Origin: Candidatus Nomurabacteria bacterium
Lineage (GTDB): Bacteria; Patescibacteriota; Minisyncoccia; Phycocordibacterales; UBA5272
Length of the DNA stretch: 64,000 nt
Direction: 5' to 3'
Assembly: GCA_037130925.1 (NCBI GenBank)
Contig: JBAXSC010000002.1
Coordinates: 25,185 to 89,184, forward strand
Numbering within the stretch: the stretch's first letter is position 1; each line of letters starts with the position of its first letter. Positions 55,143 to 63,584 of this stretch are shown here, in pieces. The position numbers and the translations under genes are program-made. The notes under the pieces are model-generated. The model did no database searches. It had not been told where the DNA came from and was given only the letters and a program-made list of their open reading frames with translations.

Positions 55143-56258
55143 TTACTTACTTATAAGCTTTAAAACGGTATCTCTATCAAGACACGGAGTTGTAGTTGCA
55201 ACATTATCAGGAAGAGACAAATCTCTGAAACAAACAAATCCTGAGCTTACAACATTTAAAATTGTAGTAGTAGAGTAAGGAACAACTGTAGAAGTATTGT
55301 CTGTATAATTTATTACAAATCCTGTAGTTGTAGCACTCACAGAAGAAACCCCTCTTCCTGTAGCTCCTTTTTGAGAAATGTACTTAATTATTGGACGTCC
55401 TGACTTTGCACTATTTTTATAACTATTTAATTGAGCTTTCAAGTCTTTTACTTCTTTTGCAAGTTCGTCAATTTGCGATCCGTTACTATTAGTATTTGTA
55501 TCTACAGGAGTTGAGGCTTGAATATTTTGATCAGCTTGAACTGAATTATCTTTTTGTGGAACACTGGAAACTATTGGATTTTGAGTGTCAGTTGAAGTCG
55601 CATCTGTTGTAGTAGAAACAGATTGATCACTAGACATTGAATTAGGATTTATTTTAATATCTTGAACATTTATATCACTGTTAGTGTTTAATACTGGCGT
55701 AGACTTATTTGTGCTAGAGTATAAGAAAAACAAACCTCCACTTAATATTAAAACCAATAAAACTATAAAAATAATTTTATCTAAATTGCTTTTTTTATTT
55801 TCATGAATAGCTACAGGAGGCATATTTGCTGTAAAAGTATTTACTGGTTCATGAGGCAAAATTTTATTTTCTGGAACAGGAGGATTTTGATTAAAATTAT
55901 TATTAATCTCTTTATTTTTATCCAAAGAAGAATCTAATTCTGGAGTTTTTTTAACATTAAAAGTATAGTTATTTTCAACTTTTTCTGTAGCCATTGAAGA
56001 CAAAACAGGATTTGAAGAAAAAGAAATACCAGGAGTTGGTGCTTGAGGTGCTGGAGCTGAGAATGTTGCAGTAGTATTTATAATAGGAGTCGCAGGCGCA
56101 ACATTGCCTCTGGTAGATTTAAAAATATGAATACCTTCCATAATGTCCTCCTTATCCCATCCACTAGCAGACAAAAGAGTCCTAAGAGAATCCTCTGTTA
56201 GGTTTTTATTTAAATTCAATATACGGTCCATTACATCCTCTATATTCTGTATAGTCAT
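55143..56258 (-). CDS. Hypothetical single-pass membrane protein (371 aa)
   Basis: N-terminal small helical domain (LLSASGWDKEDIMEGI), low-complexity linker, a TM helix (IIFIVLLVLILSGGLFFLY), then an S/T/N-rich ectodomain. Confidence 0.55.
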   Translation of the reverse strand: MTIQNIEDVMDRILNLNKNLTEDSLRTLLSASGWDKEDIMEGIHIFKSTRGNVAPATPIINTTATFSAPAPQAPTPGISFSSNPVLSSMATEKVENNYTFNVKKTPELDSSLDKNKEINNNFNQNPPVPENKILPHEPVNTFTANMPPVAIHENKKSNLDKIIFIVLLVLILSGGLFFLYSSTNKSTPVLNTNSDINVQDIKINPNSMSSDQSVSTTTDATSTDTQNPIVSSVPQKDNSVQADQNIQASTPVDTNTNSNGSQIDELAKEVKDLKAQLNSYKNSAKSGRPIIKYISQKGATGRGVSSVSATTTGFVINYTDNTSTVVPYSTTTILNVVSSGFVCFRDLSLPDNVATTTPCLDRDTVLKLISK

Positions 56259-56382
56259 ATTTAAAGCAATATTATAAATATATTATAGCCTAAAATCTTT
56301 AAATCTTCTCTTTAAATAAATAAAACTTGTGGATAACAAACTCTTTTTTCATGATAAGATTAATATATTAAAAAATAAAACT

Positions 56383-57135
56383 ATGTTTACAAAATATTTT
56401 TACCTAGTCAGACACGGAGAGACTATTTTAAATAAAGAAAAAAGAAGACAAGGATCAGAAGGAAAACTTTCAGAAAATGGAGTAAATGAAGTCGAAGAAT
56501 TAAGTAAAAGACTTTTAAATATGAATATAGACAGGATGTTCGTCTCCCCTTATGAGAGAACTCGCCAAACAGCATCTATAATAAATTCTCATTTAAATTT
56601 ACCAGAAAATAAAATAACCATTACAGAATTATTAGCTGAAAGAAAAAATCCATCAATTATAATCGGACAAAGCTATGATGATCCGGTAGCAAAATCTTTT
56701 GTGGAAATAATGGATAAAACAATTCACGATCCAGATTTGAGACTTTATGATGAAGAAAATTTTGCAGACCTCCGAGACAGATCTATCAGAGCACAAAAAT
56801 ACTTAATCAAAAACAGTAGTGCTCACACACTCTGCATTACTCATGGAATATTTTTAAAAATGTTTTTATCAACTTTACTTTATGGAAAAAATTTAACAGT
56901 AAAACAACATGCAGAAATGAATTCATATAATCCTGCTGATAATGCTGGTGTGACTCTTGTAAAATATGAGCCAATAAAAGTTTTCACCAGACCTTTTAAA
57001 AAATTTTTTAGATCATTATTAAATGATGAACAAAATAAAAATGAAGAAATTAATTTACCAGAGAAAGACTCTCCTTGGACAATTCTTGCCTACAATGACT
57101 ACACTAGAGACGGATTTCAAAAGATGCATATTTAA
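56383..57135 (+). CDS. Histidine phosphatase family protein (PGAM-like, branch 1)
   Basis: YFYLVRHGETILN...FVSPYERTRQTA...LCITHGIFLKM. Start set to the ATG at 56383; the track ORF starts at an upstream GTG. Confidence 0.8.
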   Translation: MFTKYFYLVRHGETILNKEKRRQGSEGKLSENGVNEVEELSKRLLNMNIDRMFVSPYERTRQTASIINSHLNLPENKITITELLAERKNPSIIIGQSYDDPVAKSFVEIMDKTIHDPDLRLYDEENFADLRDRSIRAQKYLIKNSSAHTLCITHGIFLKMFLSTLLYGKNLTVKQHAEMNSYNPADNAGVTLVKYEPIKVFTRPFKKFFRSLLNDEQNKNEEINLPEKDSPWTILAYNDYTRDGFQKMHI

Positions 57136-57221
57136 CACTTGCATACAAAAATATTATGTGTTAAGATATTAATTCGTTTTAGTTCTTTTATTTTATTTAT
57201 TAACTATTAAATTTTTAGCAA

Positions 57222-57404
57222 ATGGCTAAGGTTAGACAAAGTACACAAAAGTCAGCAAATGATACTGACACTCCTGTTTTAATTAAACAAAACAAAGTTG
57301 CAACATCTTGTTCGTTTTTGGAAGCCAAAACTTGTTCTTGCACAACATTGAATGGTGCAGGCTGTAAGAAAAAACAAAGAGATGGAACTTGTTTAAAAAA
57401 GTAA
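57222..57404 (+). CDS. Small basic Cys/Ser/Thr-rich peptide (60 aa)
   Basis: MAKVRQSTQKSANDTDTPVLIKQNKVATSCSFLEAKTCSCTTLNGAGCKKKQRDGTCLKK. It has its own promoter TTGCAT-17-(TGT)TAAGAT (57139..57167) and its own terminator. No obvious SD sequence. Confidence 0.45.
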   Translation: MAKVRQSTQKSANDTDTPVLIKQNKVATSCSFLEAKTCSCTTLNGAGCKKKQRDGTCLKK

Positions 57405-57425
57405 TAAAATTTAATGAAGAGAGAG

Positions 57426-57460
57426 ACGGATGATGAAAATCATCCGTTTTTTTATTTTTT
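57426..57460 (+). terminator. Intrinsic terminator of the 60-aa peptide gene
   Basis: ACGGATGAT-GAAA-ATCATCCGT followed by TTTTTTATTTTTT. Confidence 0.8.
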
Positions 57461-57590
57461 AAAATAATTGACAAAATATAACTAATATTATAGGATACAA
57501 AAGATAAAGACACCCTATCTCTAAAAGTCTTCTTAAAATAAAACTGAGATATAGGGTCTCAGTTCTTTTAAAAATTTAAAACGAAAAGAA

Positions 57591-58274
57591 ATGGAAACAA
57601 ATTCATTATCGATTTATCCACTAAGAAGACAACTTTCAATATTAGAAAGAGTCTTCAGGTTGGACATAAATCCAGCTCTCGAATTATCGTCCAAAATAGA
57701 ATTGTCTAATATCGGAAACATCTTTGCTGTTCCAAAAAGATCCGTACTAATCAAAAGTTATTTTTCTGAAATAAAAGAAGAAAAAGCTAACAAGGAATTA
57801 GTAGACTTAATCTGTTCAGAGACAGATAAAATTGATAGACAAAAATACTTTACTAGCTATACGAGCAATATAGGAGTATCGTTTATCGGTGGAAAAACAA
57901 AAAGATGTTTAGAAGAAATTGAGAAATCTCAAAAAGGCAGCATTATTTTAATTAAAACAAAGATCCTTAATAGTGAAGGTTTGTCTTCTATAGAAGCTAA
58001 TCAAAAACTTAAAAAAGATGAATTTGCTTTAGATCCTTATTCATTAGCGTGTATAATGCTAGTGAATAATTTTATGAATATCAGTGGTAAAAAATTAATC
58101 GCTTCTGGTGGTTATGTTAAAAAAGATATTTATGAAGAGAAAAAAGAAGTAATTTCGTTTAACCACAGAACAAATAAAAATAATAAAGATGCCGAGCTCT
58201 TTATTTCTACGTATTCTATAGAACCGAACCTTGCAGATGAAGAATTTTATCATCCGATTGGTTTTATTCTGTAA
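57591..58274 (+). CDS. Hypothetical protein (227 aa)
   Basis: An ORF with an upstream TTGACA promoter-like sequence and a structured leader. I recognise no family. Confidence 0.5.
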   Translation: METNSLSIYPLRRQLSILERVFRLDINPALELSSKIELSNIGNIFAVPKRSVLIKSYFSEIKEEKANKELVDLICSETDKIDRQKYFTSYTSNIGVSFIGGKTKRCLEEIEKSQKGSIILIKTKILNSEGLSSIEANQKLKKDEFALDPYSLACIMLVNNFMNISGKKLIASGGYVKKDIYEEKKEVISFNHRTNKNNKDAELFISTYSIEPNLADEEFYHPIGFIL

Positions 58275-58283
58275 ATTTTAAAA

Positions 58284-58313
58284 ACAACCGTAAGAATTAA
58301 TTCTTACGGTTGT
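58284..58313. terminator. Bidirectional intrinsic terminator (13-bp stem)
   Basis: ACAACCGTAAGAA-TTAA-TTCTTACGGTTGT. Confidence 0.8.
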
Positions 58314-58327
58314 AATTTTTTATTTTA

Positions 58328-59518
58328 TTAAAACATATTTGCCAATAAATCTACCACTTCCCTATCAAACATATTAGGTAAAATATTTTCTGTATTTAAA
58401 TCTTTCACATGATCAGCTAATGCCTCTGCTATTTTTATAAAAACAGAATTATCAACTCCTTGATATGTACCATTTAATTGTGCTGCAAGCATACCTTTCC
58501 AAAATCCAGGAAAGACAAGTGAATTATTAATCTGATTTGGAAAATCACTTCTACCTGTTGCCACAATAAATGCTCCAGCCTCTTTTGCTTCATTTGGCAT
58601 TATTTCTGGATTTGGATTTGCAAGAGCAAAGATTATAGGATCTTCAGACATAGATAAAACCATTTCTTTTGAAAGTAATCCTGACTTTGATAATCCAATA
58701 AATACATTTTTATTTTTAATAACATTTTCTAAATTTTCATTGACTGAATAATTTTCTAAATCAGCTGTACTTTTATTTAGCAAATCTTGTTTCTCTTTAT
58801 TTAAATCATTTCTGTCTTTATGAATGAGTCCCTGACTATCCATTAAGAAAATATTTGTAAATCCATAATCAATTAAAAGTCTTGCTGTTGCGACACCTGC
58901 CGCACCAACCCCAGACAAGACGATAGAAATATCTTTTTCTTTTAAAGAATTATTTTTATTTAAAAGTTTAAAAGAATTTATCATTGCTGTAAGAGCAACT
59001 GTTGCAGCTCCCCACTGATCATCATGCATGACTGGTATATCTAATTCTTTTCTGAGTCTCTCCTCTATTTCAAAACATTTTGGTGAAGAAATATCTTCTA
59101 AATTTATTCCGCCAAAAATAGGAGAAATATTTTTAATAGTCTGAATTATTTCTTCCGTATCTTGAGACTCTATACAAATAGGAAAAGCATCTACTCCTGC
59201 GAATTCTTTTAATATTGCAGCCTTACCCTCCATTACAGGAATAGCTGCCTTTGCTCCAAGATTACCAAGACCAAGTATTGCCGATCCGTCAGAAATTATA
59301 GCTACAGTATTTTTTTTAATAGTTAAAGTTTTTGCTAAATTTTTATCTTCACTTATAGCAATAGAAACTGCTCCGACTCCTGGTGAATATGATAAAGACA
59401 AATCTTCTTTTGTATTAAGAGATACTTTACTTTTTATCTCCAATTTTCCTCCTAGCTTTTTATGTAATTCTATAGACTCTTCTCCGAAACTTATTTTATT
59501 TATATTTGTTTGTGACAT
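58328..59518 (-). CDS. NAD(P)-dependent malic enzyme (short, MaeB N-domain type)
   Basis: LSLSYSPGVG..., AIISDGSAILGLGNLG..A..PVMEGKA.L.K.FAGVDA.PI, GINLEDI, GVGAAG. Confidence 0.88.
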   Translation of the reverse strand: MSQTNINKISFGEESIELHKKLGGKLEIKSKVSLNTKEDLSLSYSPGVGAVSIAISEDKNLAKTLTIKKNTVAIISDGSAILGLGNLGAKAAIPVMEGKAAILKEFAGVDAFPICIESQDTEEIIQTIKNISPIFGGINLEDISSPKCFEIEERLRKELDIPVMHDDQWGAATVALTAMINSFKLLNKNNSLKEKDISIVLSGVGAAGVATARLLIDYGFTNIFLMDSQGLIHKDRNDLNKEKQDLLNKSTADLENYSVNENLENVIKNKNVFIGLSKSGLLSKEMVLSMSEDPIIFALANPNPEIMPNEAKEAGAFIVATGRSDFPNQINNSLVFPGFWKGMLAAQLNGTYQGVDNSVFIKIAEALADHVKDLNTENILPNMFDREVVDLLANMF

Positions 59519-59559
59519 TTCTTTTATTACATTATTATCTGATTAATATTACAAAAAGA

Positions 59560-60003
59560 TTATAAATCTTTTTGATGAGTAACTTTTATACCTTCAACTT
59601 TTTTAAACCCTAAAGATTCATAGACACTAGATGCTATAGGATTATTTGTAGAAAGACGTAAGGTTGTAAAATTTTCTTTAGCTTTTTCAATAATTAAATT
59701 AAGTAAAATTTTAGACAAACCAAATCCTCTATATTGTTTAGAAATATAAATATGGCGAACTTTGCCAACTTTTTCGTCTTCAATAAAAGGATCCTTATTT
59801 AAACCTCCTATTCCAATAATTTTATTATCAATAATAATACCCCACAATTTCTCACCTATTTTAGAAAATTTATTTGTATTATTTTTCCATTCGTCTATTG
59901 TCCTTTGAACAAAATTATAATTATCTTGCGAGGTTTCATTAGCAATCTCTTGAATTTCTAAAATATTAGAATCTTTAATTTCAATTATTTCATAATTTTT
60001 CAT
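59560..60003 (-). CDS. GNAT family N-acetyltransferase
   Basis: ...VRHIYISKQYRGFGLSKILLN...YESLGF. Confidence 0.75.
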   Translation of the reverse strand: MKNYEIIEIKDSNILEIQEIANETSQDNYNFVQRTIDEWKNNTNKFSKIGEKLWGIIIDNKIIGIGGLNKDPFIEDEKVGKVRHIYISKQYRGFGLSKILLNLIIEKAKENFTTLRLSTNNPIASSVYESLGFKKVEGIKVTHQKDL

Positions 60004-60005
60004 AA

Positions 60006-60485
60006 TTAAAATAATTTCCTATCTTTTAAAATATCATCTACCAATTTTAATTCTTCCCAAATTCCAGAAATTAAATCTATTTCTTTTGCCTCATCTATAG
60101 AGACCCATTTATAATCAATAGTATCTTCATCTAATTCAACTTCTCCAGATTTATATTTTGTAAAATAACTTAAAATTAAAACTGGAATATTATCGGGTCG
60201 TATGAAAGTAATATCACAAAGATATTCAAATTTTTCTGTTTCAAGACCAATCTCTTCTAAAACTTCTCTTCTTAAACCAATTTCAGTAGCGTTGTACCAA
60301 AGCCCATCCTGATTTTTAGGAGTATTAATATAATCATCCACAGAAAGACCTCCTCCTGGAACAGTCCATTTTCCAGGAAAAGCTTTTTTATTTAAAGATC
60401 TTCTCGTAACTAAAAATTTACCTTCATCATTATAAATGATGGCAGTTGATGATATTCTGTGTAATTCTTTATCTAAAATTTCCAT
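60006..60485 (-). CDS. NUDIX hydrolase
   Basis: GGGLSVDD...EIGLRREVLEEIGLE Nudix box. Start set to the ATG at 60485 (MEILDK...). The track's TTG extension overlaps the small ORF 60490..60657. Confidence 0.75.
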   Translation of the reverse strand: MEILDKELHRISSTAIIYNDEGKFLVTRRSLNKKAFPGKWTVPGGGLSVDDYINTPKNQDGLWYNATEIGLRREVLEEIGLETEKFEYLCDITFIRPDNIPVLILSYFTKYKSGEVELDEDTIDYKWVSIDEAKEIDLISGIWEELKLVDDILKDRKLF

Positions 60486-60489
60486 AGTT

Positions 60490-60657
60490 TTAATTATTCC
60501 TGATTCTATAGGATTCCCATAGAAATACAATAAAGCTAGCTAATACAATTCCAAAAATAGACATTTTTACAAATAAAGAAACAATTAATAATATAGTCAT
60601 AAACAATAAAACCATTTGTAAAACTCTAACATTATGAAAACCTTTTTTTATATTCAT
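60490..60657 (-). CDS. Small membrane protein (55 aa)
   Basis: MNIKKGFHNVRVLQMVLLFMTILLIVSLFVKMSIFGIVLASFIVFLWESYRIRNN. A TGATATAAT promoter lies at 60664..60672. Confidence 0.35.
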   Translation of the reverse strand: MNIKKGFHNVRVLQMVLLFMTILLIVSLFVKMSIFGIVLASFIVFLWESYRIRNN

Positions 60658-60687
60658 ATTTTAATTATATCAAAGATTGATTATAAC

Positions 60688-60712
60688 TAAAAAACTCCTA
60701 TCAAATAGAAGT
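60688..60712 (-). terminator. Intrinsic terminator closing the defence-like operon
   Basis: On the minus strand: ACTTCTAT-TTG-ATAGGAGT plus TTTTTT. The U-G pair is valid only on the minus strand. Confidence 0.65.
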
Positions 60713-60818
60713 TTTTTAGTTGAAATATTCTTACTTTGTGTGCCGTAGTTGAGCAAGTTAGAAATATTTTTGAAAATAAGAATGATGCAACGATATATAT
60801 ACCCCACAGGTAGTATCA

Positions 60819-61130
60819 CTATTTAATTATACCAACTGTTGGACAAGAAATAGAACTGTTATGATATGTTGCCCAAATTTGAACCCCAATTGAAATTACA
60901 CCAACCATAACCAAAGCAAATGTTAAACACTTCATTGCATTTGCAGATTTTTCATTACTTTTCCGAAGCTCTTTATCTGCTTCTATAATATCTAAATTAT
61001 CCTTATGTTGAAGTACTCCAAGACTAGCCTTTAATTTATTATCCTCACCTGAATAATTATTTAAAATATAATTATTTATGAAATCTATAGCTTTGTTTTT
61101 TACATCATCTTTGATTTTATTTTCTTCCAT
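60819..61130 (-). CDS. Small tail-anchored membrane protein (103 aa)
   Basis: Soluble N-terminal part followed by a C-terminal TM helix (CLTFALVMVGVISIGVQIWA). It is the last gene of the operon. Confidence 0.5.
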   Translation of the reverse strand: MEENKIKDDVKNKAIDFINNYILNNYSGEDNKLKASLGVLQHKDNLDIIEADKELRKSNEKSANAMKCLTFALVMVGVISIGVQIWATYHNSSISCPTVGIIK

Positions 61131-61134
61131 ATTT

Positions 61135-61362
61135 TTATAATGTCTCTTCTATTTTCTCCTCTAATTCTTCTAATTTTTCTGTAATTTCTCTTTTTGTCTT
61201 ATTGATTTTATCATCAATAAATAAATCTAAACCCCACAATAATAGAAAGAGACCTATGATAATATCCCAATCACTTTTATCTTTTACTATCGAAACTACA
61301 AACCAAATCAAGCCAATGGAAAATATAATAAATCCCCAACCACCTAAATTATTTTTTTTCAT
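61135..61362 (-). CDS. Small two-TM membrane protein with a charged coiled C-terminus (75 aa)
   Basis: GGWGFIIFSIGLIWFVVSIV...IIIGLFLLLWGLDLFI, followed by KREITEKLEELEEKIEETL. Confidence 0.5.
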   Translation of the reverse strand: MKKNNLGGWGFIIFSIGLIWFVVSIVKDKSDWDIIIGLFLLLWGLDLFIDDKINKTKREITEKLEELEEKIEETL

Positions 61363-61428
61363 ATACTATTTATTATATTCTTATTTTTTTTGCAAAATCA
61401 ATTTCTAATAAACACTTAAAAAGTATAT

Positions 61429-61623
61429 TTATAGCTCCTCAGCTAATTCCACAGCAATATCTTCATCTAAATCTAAATCTTCCATTAGCTCTTGAGCTTT
61501 CTCCGCCACTTCTTGGTCTACATCAAAATTTGTCATTAAATTTACAATTTCTTCTTCTACAACTTCCCCTGTTTCTTGGTTTATAAATTCACCATCTTCT
61601 GTTTCTAAAATATCTTCTGACAT
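61429..61623 (-). CDS. Hyper-acidic small protein (64 aa)
   Basis: MSEDILETEDGEFINQETGEVVEEEIVNLMTNFDVDQEVAEKAQELMEDLDLDEDIAVELAEEL. Its start lies 1 nt after the stop of the nuclease gene (TAA-T-ATG). Confidence 0.55.
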   Translation of the reverse strand: MSEDILETEDGEFINQETGEVVEEEIVNLMTNFDVDQEVAEKAQELMEDLDLDEDIAVELAEEL

Positions 61624-61624
61624 A

Positions 61625-62728
61625 TTATTTTCCAGATTTTATTCTATTATCTTCTTTACAAAGCATCTGACAATTTTCAGCGACAGTTCTTCCACCATCA
61701 TGCCATGGATTTATATGGTCAGCTTCCATATCTCCAATAGAGAACTCATCTTTACATGCAGGGCAAATACCATTTTGTCGTTCGTATGCTTCACGCTTCA
61801 TGTTTGGTGTAAAAGCTCGAATAGAAAGATATCTCTCTTTTTGATTTAATACATATGGATAAATACCAGATTTCTTTGTCACATCTTCATCAATCATTAA
61901 TTTTTTTATTTCTTTTTCTAGTTTTTCAGAATCAAGTTTTTTATTATTAAATTCATTATAAAGTTCACCCCAATTAACACCAGACATTTCTTTTCTATAA
62001 TTTGGAAAAGTCTTTCGTACCCAATGAACTACATTTTGAAAATGTTGCCACAATTCATCTGCGTTTTTATCATGTTGATGTTGTGCCATATATTCTTCTA
62101 TTTGTTCATTGCTTATCCAAGACAAAGCCGTTTCTAAATATTCTTGCCTAATGGGTGATCCGGTTATTAGCTGTCCACCATCATTTGCAAGCAAATATGC
62201 TGCACAATTTGATTTACTGAATTTTAATTTGGCATCAGAAAGCCAAGAACCTGTATAAACAGCATTTCTAAGTTCTTGGTCTGTTAATTTTTCACCAGCA
62301 ATATTAATAATTTTAAACCAATCAAGTTTTTCTTTGTCGTTTCCTTCACAGTGATAAATCATCAAATCATAATTTAAAATTTGCTCTTGTTCTTCTTTTG
62401 TAAGATTATGGAACATTGCAATTCTGCCATTAAATTCAATAGAAAAATCTCCATTTACAAATTGAGCAATACTGATTGTTCGTTGTTGTCCATCAAGTAC
62501 TTCAAAATTACCATCATCTTTTTTCACCCAATACATCACGTTTAAAGGAAAACCATTTTTAACAGTTCTAATTACTTCATCTCTTTGTTTTCCACTATAC
62601 ACAAATTCTCGCTGATACTTAGGACGAATATCCAATTTGCCACCAAAAGCTGATACGCCCTCTTCCGCACTATCTTTATAATCTTTTACAACTTCTGAAA
62701 TTTTTATTTTATGTAAATCTATTTTCAT
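61625..62728 (-). CDS. DUF262 (ParB-like NTPase/nuclease) + C-terminal HNH endonuclease protein, GmrSD/type IV restriction-like
   Basis: RPKYQREFVY and LDGQQRTISI are DUF262 signatures. The C-terminus CPACKDEF...DHINPWHDGGRTVAENCQMLCKEDNRIKSGK is an HNH motif. Confidence 0.8.
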   Translation of the reverse strand: MKIDLHKIKISEVVKDYKDSAEEGVSAFGGKLDIRPKYQREFVYSGKQRDEVIRTVKNGFPLNVMYWVKKDDGNFEVLDGQQRTISIAQFVNGDFSIEFNGRIAMFHNLTKEEQEQILNYDLMIYHCEGNDKEKLDWFKIINIAGEKLTDQELRNAVYTGSWLSDAKLKFSKSNCAAYLLANDGGQLITGSPIRQEYLETALSWISNEQIEEYMAQHQHDKNADELWQHFQNVVHWVRKTFPNYRKEMSGVNWGELYNEFNNKKLDSEKLEKEIKKLMIDEDVTKKSGIYPYVLNQKERYLSIRAFTPNMKREAYERQNGICPACKDEFSIGDMEADHINPWHDGGRTVAENCQMLCKEDNRIKSGK

Positions 62729-62748
62729 ATTATTTATATTATTATAAT

Positions 62749-63222
62749 CTATATTCCTGACTTTAAAATTTCTTTTATTGGAGATTTAAAATCTTTATAC
62801 CATTTTATGCCTTTAAATTTACAAACGAGTATAAAGTAATTATCTTCCGAATCATTTTCTCTTATATATTCAATCCATTCAAATGGTATTAAGCCTAACT
62901 CAAAACTATTACCCCCACCTCTCAACTGTACAACAACACCATAATTTTGCAAAACATGATGAATTCCGCAAGCTTGTTTATAATAACTTGCGTTGTATAA
63001 ATCCGTATTATTACCATTATACTTTTTTACATCTGCTAATATTGCTTTTTTACCAAGTATTTTATTTACTTGTTCTGTTATATATATCTCATGCTCATAT
63101 TTACCTTTTGCTGATAATTTTCTTGATATACGATAACCTATTATAGCCAAAATTATGGAAACGATAACACCTAAAACAGCGACTACAAGACTACATAAAC
63201 TTAATTTTTGATCTAACGTCAT
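62749..63222 (-). CDS. Hypothetical protein with an N-terminal TM anchor (157 aa)
   Basis: LSLCSLVVAVLGVIVSIILAIIGY followed by a soluble domain. No family assigned. Confidence 0.5.
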   Translation of the reverse strand: MTLDQKLSLCSLVVAVLGVIVSIILAIIGYRISRKLSAKGKYEHEIYITEQVNKILGKKAILADVKKYNGNNTDLYNASYYKQACGIHHVLQNYGVVVQLRGGGNSFELGLIPFEWIEYIRENDSEDNYFILVCKFKGIKWYKDFKSPIKEILKSGI

Positions 63223-63226
63223 AAAG

Positions 63227-63583
63227 TTATTTTTTATATACTGCTATTACAGCAAATATTGCAGCTATGAAAGTAGCAATACCAAATACCCAGAAAAATA
63301 ATTCTTTAATTTTTTTGTAACAATAATTTTCAACAAATAAACTTCCTTCGTGGGTAATGCATATAAGTGGTTCATTTTTCCAACCAGATATATCTTCTTT
63401 TGATTCAATTAATTTTGAGCTGAATTGAAGATATTTACTATAATGCAGATCACCCAAATCATTATCTGTTATTTCCAAAATAAGTTTTACGTTTTTAACT
63501 AAATCACCTCGTTTATTGTTGTCGTAGCGAGTTTCTATTTTGTTTAAGTGGCGAAGCAGTTTGATTTCTTTTTTATTTGGCAT
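63227..63583 (-). CDS. Hypothetical tail-anchored membrane protein (118 aa)
   Basis: Soluble N-terminal domain, C-terminal TM helix FFWVFGIATFIAAIFAVIAVY. Confidence 0.5.
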   Translation of the reverse strand: MPNKKEIKLLRHLNKIETRYDNNKRGDLVKNVKLILEITDNDLGDLHYSKYLQFSSKLIESKEDISGWKNEPLICITHEGSLFVENYCYKKIKELFFWVFGIATFIAAIFAVIAVYKK

Positions 63584-63584
63584 A

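Noticed and set aside
60720-60818. A possible tRNA fragment or att-site remnant (…GTGTGCCGTAGTTGAGCAAGTTAG…) at the inner boundary of the defence-like operon.
   Set aside because: The resemblance to a tRNA 5' half is loose. No cloverleaf can be drawn and I found no matching repeat, so no mobile-element boundary is called.
1055-62950. Numerous track ORFs lying antisense to, or out of frame within, well-supported genes. Examples: 1055..1279, 1658..1855, 2407..2733, 2831..3037, 5429..5635, 10235..10423, 16780..16998, 21193..21701, 21965..22225, 30736..30933, 31124..31342, 32561..32950, 33673..33963, 37172..37617, 41236..41565, 43722..43922, 50174..50365, 51163..51576, 54444..54638, 57283..57513, 61202..61408 and 62883..63146.
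   Set aside because: They overlap genes with recognisable products or better context. Their translations are low-complexity or Leu/Phe/Ile/Lys-rich, as expected from reverse frames in AT-rich DNA.
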